Shown: positions 35,301 to 38,771 of the stretch, in pieces
Layout of the letters: every line of letters starts with the position of its first letter
Numbering within the stretch: the first letter of the stretch is position 1
From: Octopus bimaculoides
Taxonomy: Eukaryota
Assembly (NCBI RefSeq): GCF_001194135.2
Contig: NC_069002.1
Location: forward strand, 21,880,548-21,919,318
Reading direction: 5' to 3'
Length of the DNA: 38,771 nucleotides
Made by a program: the position numbers and the translations under genes
Notes under the pieces: model-generated
Told to the model about the DNA's origin: nothing
Seen by the model: only the letters and a program-made list of their open reading frames with translations
The model's database searches: none

Positions 35301-36297
35301 TGATAAACGTGGTTCTTCTAAACTCTTCTGAAGCTCAGCAAGAGATATTTTGTGTATTATGCTGTAGGCGGTAATGTGGTTATAGAAAAGCAGGGGAACT
35401 TGTATTCGTGCGGTTGTGATAGATAGATATGAAGAACATCATGTACTATCTGCAGATGAGTTATTGTGGTTGCCTTGGTAAGAAATACTTGTGTCTGTGT
35501 GAGAGTTTCAAATGCTTTTGTTGCTGTTGATATTGTTTTCAGATACGTAGTACTTAGGTTTACTTACCAAACTTTATTCAGAAAACGAAATGTTTGCCTT
35601 CTCCAAAACATGTATCTAATGTTAGAATATTTATTTTTCTTTTGTGTTTGTGGACCTTCATTTGCTTAATCAATATTTATACAAATATAGTTGCAACAAA
35701 AAGCAAACAGATAAAATATATTTGCGTAAATTTCCTTTAAAAACATATTCAATTAAAGCATCTTGTTTTAACTGAATACGAGACAAAACATATAGAAATA
35801 TTGATCCAATTTATTATGAAAACCGCTATTAATATCCCACGACAAAGAAAGTGTTAATAGCTACAGAGGTCAAATCGAACCAAGAAAAAGAAATGAAATA
35901 TTCAAGAGTATTATCAAAATTTGCCCAGGGAAAATACAACTCTAATACTTACTGTTCGCAACAGAGACAGAAGATCTGTAATCTGGAGGAAGAGTAAACC
36001 TCTATCGACCAGTAGTGCTTGAGTGGGACTTTACATACATGCACATATTAAAGTATATATACGTGAGATTTTTCATACAAATTCATGCAAACACACATAC
36101 ATATGAGAGTGCATATAACTGGGTCGGAGTGTGTCAATGCGTGTTAATGAATAGACATTTATATGTATATAATTATAGCTATATAGAAATGAATTTCAAT
36201 GATATTATAGTTGCCGTTACTGGTAGAAATCATAATAGACGAATGTGCATATTTACACATGCGCGGGCACATTTGCTCATGTATACGTACATATATG

Positions 36298-36335
<38 letters not shown>

Positions 36336-36840
36336 NNNNNNNNNNNNNNNNNNNNNNNNNNNNNNNNNNNNNNNNNNNNNNNNNNNNNNNNNNNNNNNNN
36401 NNNNNNNNNNNNNNNNNNNNNNNNNNNNNNNNNNNNNNNNNNNNNNNNNNNNNNNNNNNNNNNNNNNNNNNNNNNNNNNNNNNNNNNNNNNNNNNNNNNN
36501 NNNNNNNNNNNNNNNNNNNNNNNNNNNNNNNNNNNNNNNNNNNNNNNNNNNNNNNNNNNNNNNNNNNNNNNNNNNNNNNNNNNNNNNNNNNNNNNNNNNN
36601 NNNNNNNNNNNNNNNNNNNNNNNNNNNNNNNNNNNNNNNNNNNNNNNNNNNNNNNNNNNNNNNNNNNNNNNNNNNNNNNNNNNNNNNNNNNNNNNNNNNN
36701 NNNNNNNNNNNNNNNNNNNNNNNNNNNNNNNNNNNNNNNNNNNNNNNNNNNNNNNNNNNNNNNNNNNNNNNNNNNNNNNNNNNNNNNNNNNNNNNNNNNN
36801 NNNNNNNNNNNNNNNNNNNNNNNNNNNNNNNNNNNNNNNN

Positions 36841-37536
36841 GGTGGGTGGGTGTAAGGAATTGGATGGGGTGGTGTGGGAAGGTAGAGTAGGAGTGTGTTG
36901 GGGTGTGGTGGGATGAGCTTATGAGGGGGTGTTGACGATGAAGGGGGAAGGGGAAGGTCGATGTAGGAGAGAGGGGAGGTGGGTATGGGAGGGGAGAGAA
37001 AGAGAGGAAGAGGAAAGAGGGTGGGTATAAGAGAGGGAAGGTGGATGTGATAGAGGGGGAAGGTGGGTATGGGAAGGAGAAAGAGAGGAAGAGAAAGAGA
37101 GTGAGAGAGAAGAGAGTGAGAGAGAGGGAAAGAGAGAAGAGAGTGAGAGAGTAAGGGTGAGAGAGTAAGAGTGTAGAGAGTAAGAGTGAGAGAGGGGGAG
37201 TACGAGAGAAGAGAGTGAGAGAGAGTAAGAGAGAGGAGAGAAAGAGTAGGGGTGAAGAGAAGTGGGAGTGAAGAGAAGTAGGAAGAGAAGTTGGAGTGAA
37301 GAGAAGTAGGAGTGAAGAGAAGTAGGAGTGAAGAGAAGTAGGAGTGAAGCGAAGTAGGAGTGAAGAGAGGTGAAGAGACGTACAAAGTAGGAGTCGGAGC
37401 AGGACGGGAGGTGGGGGAGGTGGGGAAGGGGAGAGATGGGTGGTAGGAGGGAGGGTGTGGGAGATAGGCAGGAGGAGGGGGTTAGATGAAGAGGGGAGGG
37501 GAGTTGAGCCCATGTGGCGCAAAGGAGCGAAGAGAC
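36841..37536. repeat. purine-rich low-complexity tract including a 16-bp tandem repeat (ggagtgaagagaagta)n
   Basis: About five units at about 37265-37368; two related ~70-bp blocks at about 36950-37020 and 37030-37100. Confidence 0.9.
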
Positions 37537-38634
37537 NNNNNNNNNNNNNNNNNNNNNNNNNNNNNNNNNNNNNNNNNNNNNNNNNNNNNNNNNNNNNNNN
37601 NNNNNNNNNNNNNNNNNNNNNNNNNNNNNNNNNNNNNNNNNNNNNNNNNNNNNNNNNNNNNNNNNNNNNNNNNNNNNNNNNNNNNNNNNNNNNNNNNNNN
37701 NNNNNNNNNNNNNNNNNNNNNNNNNNNNNNNNNNNNNNNNNNNNNNNNNNNNNNNNNNNNNNNNNNNNNNNNNNNNNNNNNNNNNNNNNNNNNNNNNNNN
37801 NNNNNNNNNNNNNNNNNNNNNNNNNNNNNNNNNNNNNNNNNNNNNNNNNNNNNNNNNNNNNNNNNNNNNNNNNNNNNNNNNNNNNNNNNNNNNNNNNNNN
37901 NNNNNNNNNNNNNNNNNNNNNNNNNNNNNNNNNNNNNNNNNNNNNNNNNNNNNNNNNNNNNNNNNNNNNNTATATATATATATATATATATATCGCCTCT
38001 CCCTGTCAATACTATCTCTCTCTCTCTGTCTTTCGTTGCTCGTCCTTCGCCTCTCACCATCACTGCTACTATCTCTCTCCCTCTCTACCTCTCGTTGCTC
38101 ACTCATATTCTACTTCTTCCTCTTCTTCTCCCTCTGCTACTCTTTCTCCCTCTGCTACTCTTTTTCCCTACTCCTCACTGGTCACGTGTGTCCGGTTGCT
38201 ATTTCTTTTCGGTCTTGGACTCCCCAAGCTTCGCACGCACTTCTTCGCCTCTCCAGTTCGTGCCTCACCGGATTCAACACACACACACTTCTCCACGTCT
38301 GGCTGTACAGCCTTTTTGTTTGTTTATTTCACCGTTTCGTTTTCCCGTCTTGTTTTCCGTCTGCCACTATCCTCCATGAAAAAAATTTAATTTGTATTCG
38401 TGGGAAGAGCCATTTTAACGATGCATCCTGCCCTAACTCTTCGAAACGCCAATGTTTTATTAGTGGCAGCTGATGAAGGATATGTTCTCTATGTGGCCTG
38501 CTTGTTTGTTGTACCTTATTTATCATTTTGTCCATGTTCTTTTGCAACGTCATGTACCCAGATATGTATCTTTATGTACATGTAGATGAAGGTATGTACA
38601 TACATGTACATATATATGCATATACTCATATATT

Positions 38635-38664
<30 letters not shown>

Positions 38665-38672
<8 letters not shown>

Positions 38673-38771
38673 TGTTGTATTTGGGGATGGTCATGTTGCC
38701 AGTTTAGCCAATAAAAACACACGCACTATATATTTGGTGTTAATTTGCCTCAGCTTTATTTTATTTTTAAC
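38665..38771 (+). repeat. start of a dispersed repeat (runs off the window end)
   Basis: tttattgttgtatttggggatggtcatgttgccagtttagccaataaaaacacacgc follows (AT)n; a related inverted copy lies at 12770-12845. Confidence 0.55.

Larger units (their letters stand above)
4841..37970. other. 13 assembly gaps (N runs) scattered over this span
   Basis: N runs at 4841-5836, 11671-12525, 13688-13890, 14697-15628, 19110-19460, 21034-21119, 22166-22928, 23898-24776, 28089-28177, 31735-31919, 33177-33186, 36336-36840 and 37537-37970. Most abut microsatellites or TEs. Confidence 0.98.

Noticed and set aside
4804-38473. Long ORFs in the track made of X, YIYI, CVCV, ERER, poly-M/I/N or LS repeats
   Set aside because: They are products of N runs and microsatellites, not genes.

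Overview
Eukaryotic, AT-rich, non-genic (intronic or intergenic) DNA, very probably from a coleoid cephalopod (Octopus-like). This rests on recognisable tRNA-derived octopus SINE families, dense (AT)n/(GT)n/(GATA)n/(GAT)n microsatellites and 13 N-gaps totalling about 6.3 kb. No intact host gene, rRNA, true tRNA or CRISPR array is supportable, and most long ORFs in the track are artefacts of N runs or microsatellites. The readable sequence is mostly decayed mobile elements: two Penelope-like elements (RT plus GIY-YIG), a HERO-type and a Dong/R4-type restriction-like-endonuclease LINE, a 3-kb RTE LINE inserted in a pogo/Tigger transposase relic, a Helentron-associated (DINE-1-like) element, other LINE relics, a possible gypsy gag relic and about ten SINE copies. 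The most unusual item is a 300-bp structured element at 40-340. It is flanked by a 19-bp direct repeat and contains a degenerate type III hammerhead-ribozyme-like fold, so it could be a retrozyme-like element. Two further hammerhead-like motifs and one candidate host exon are also noted. All family assignments come from motif recognition, not database searches.
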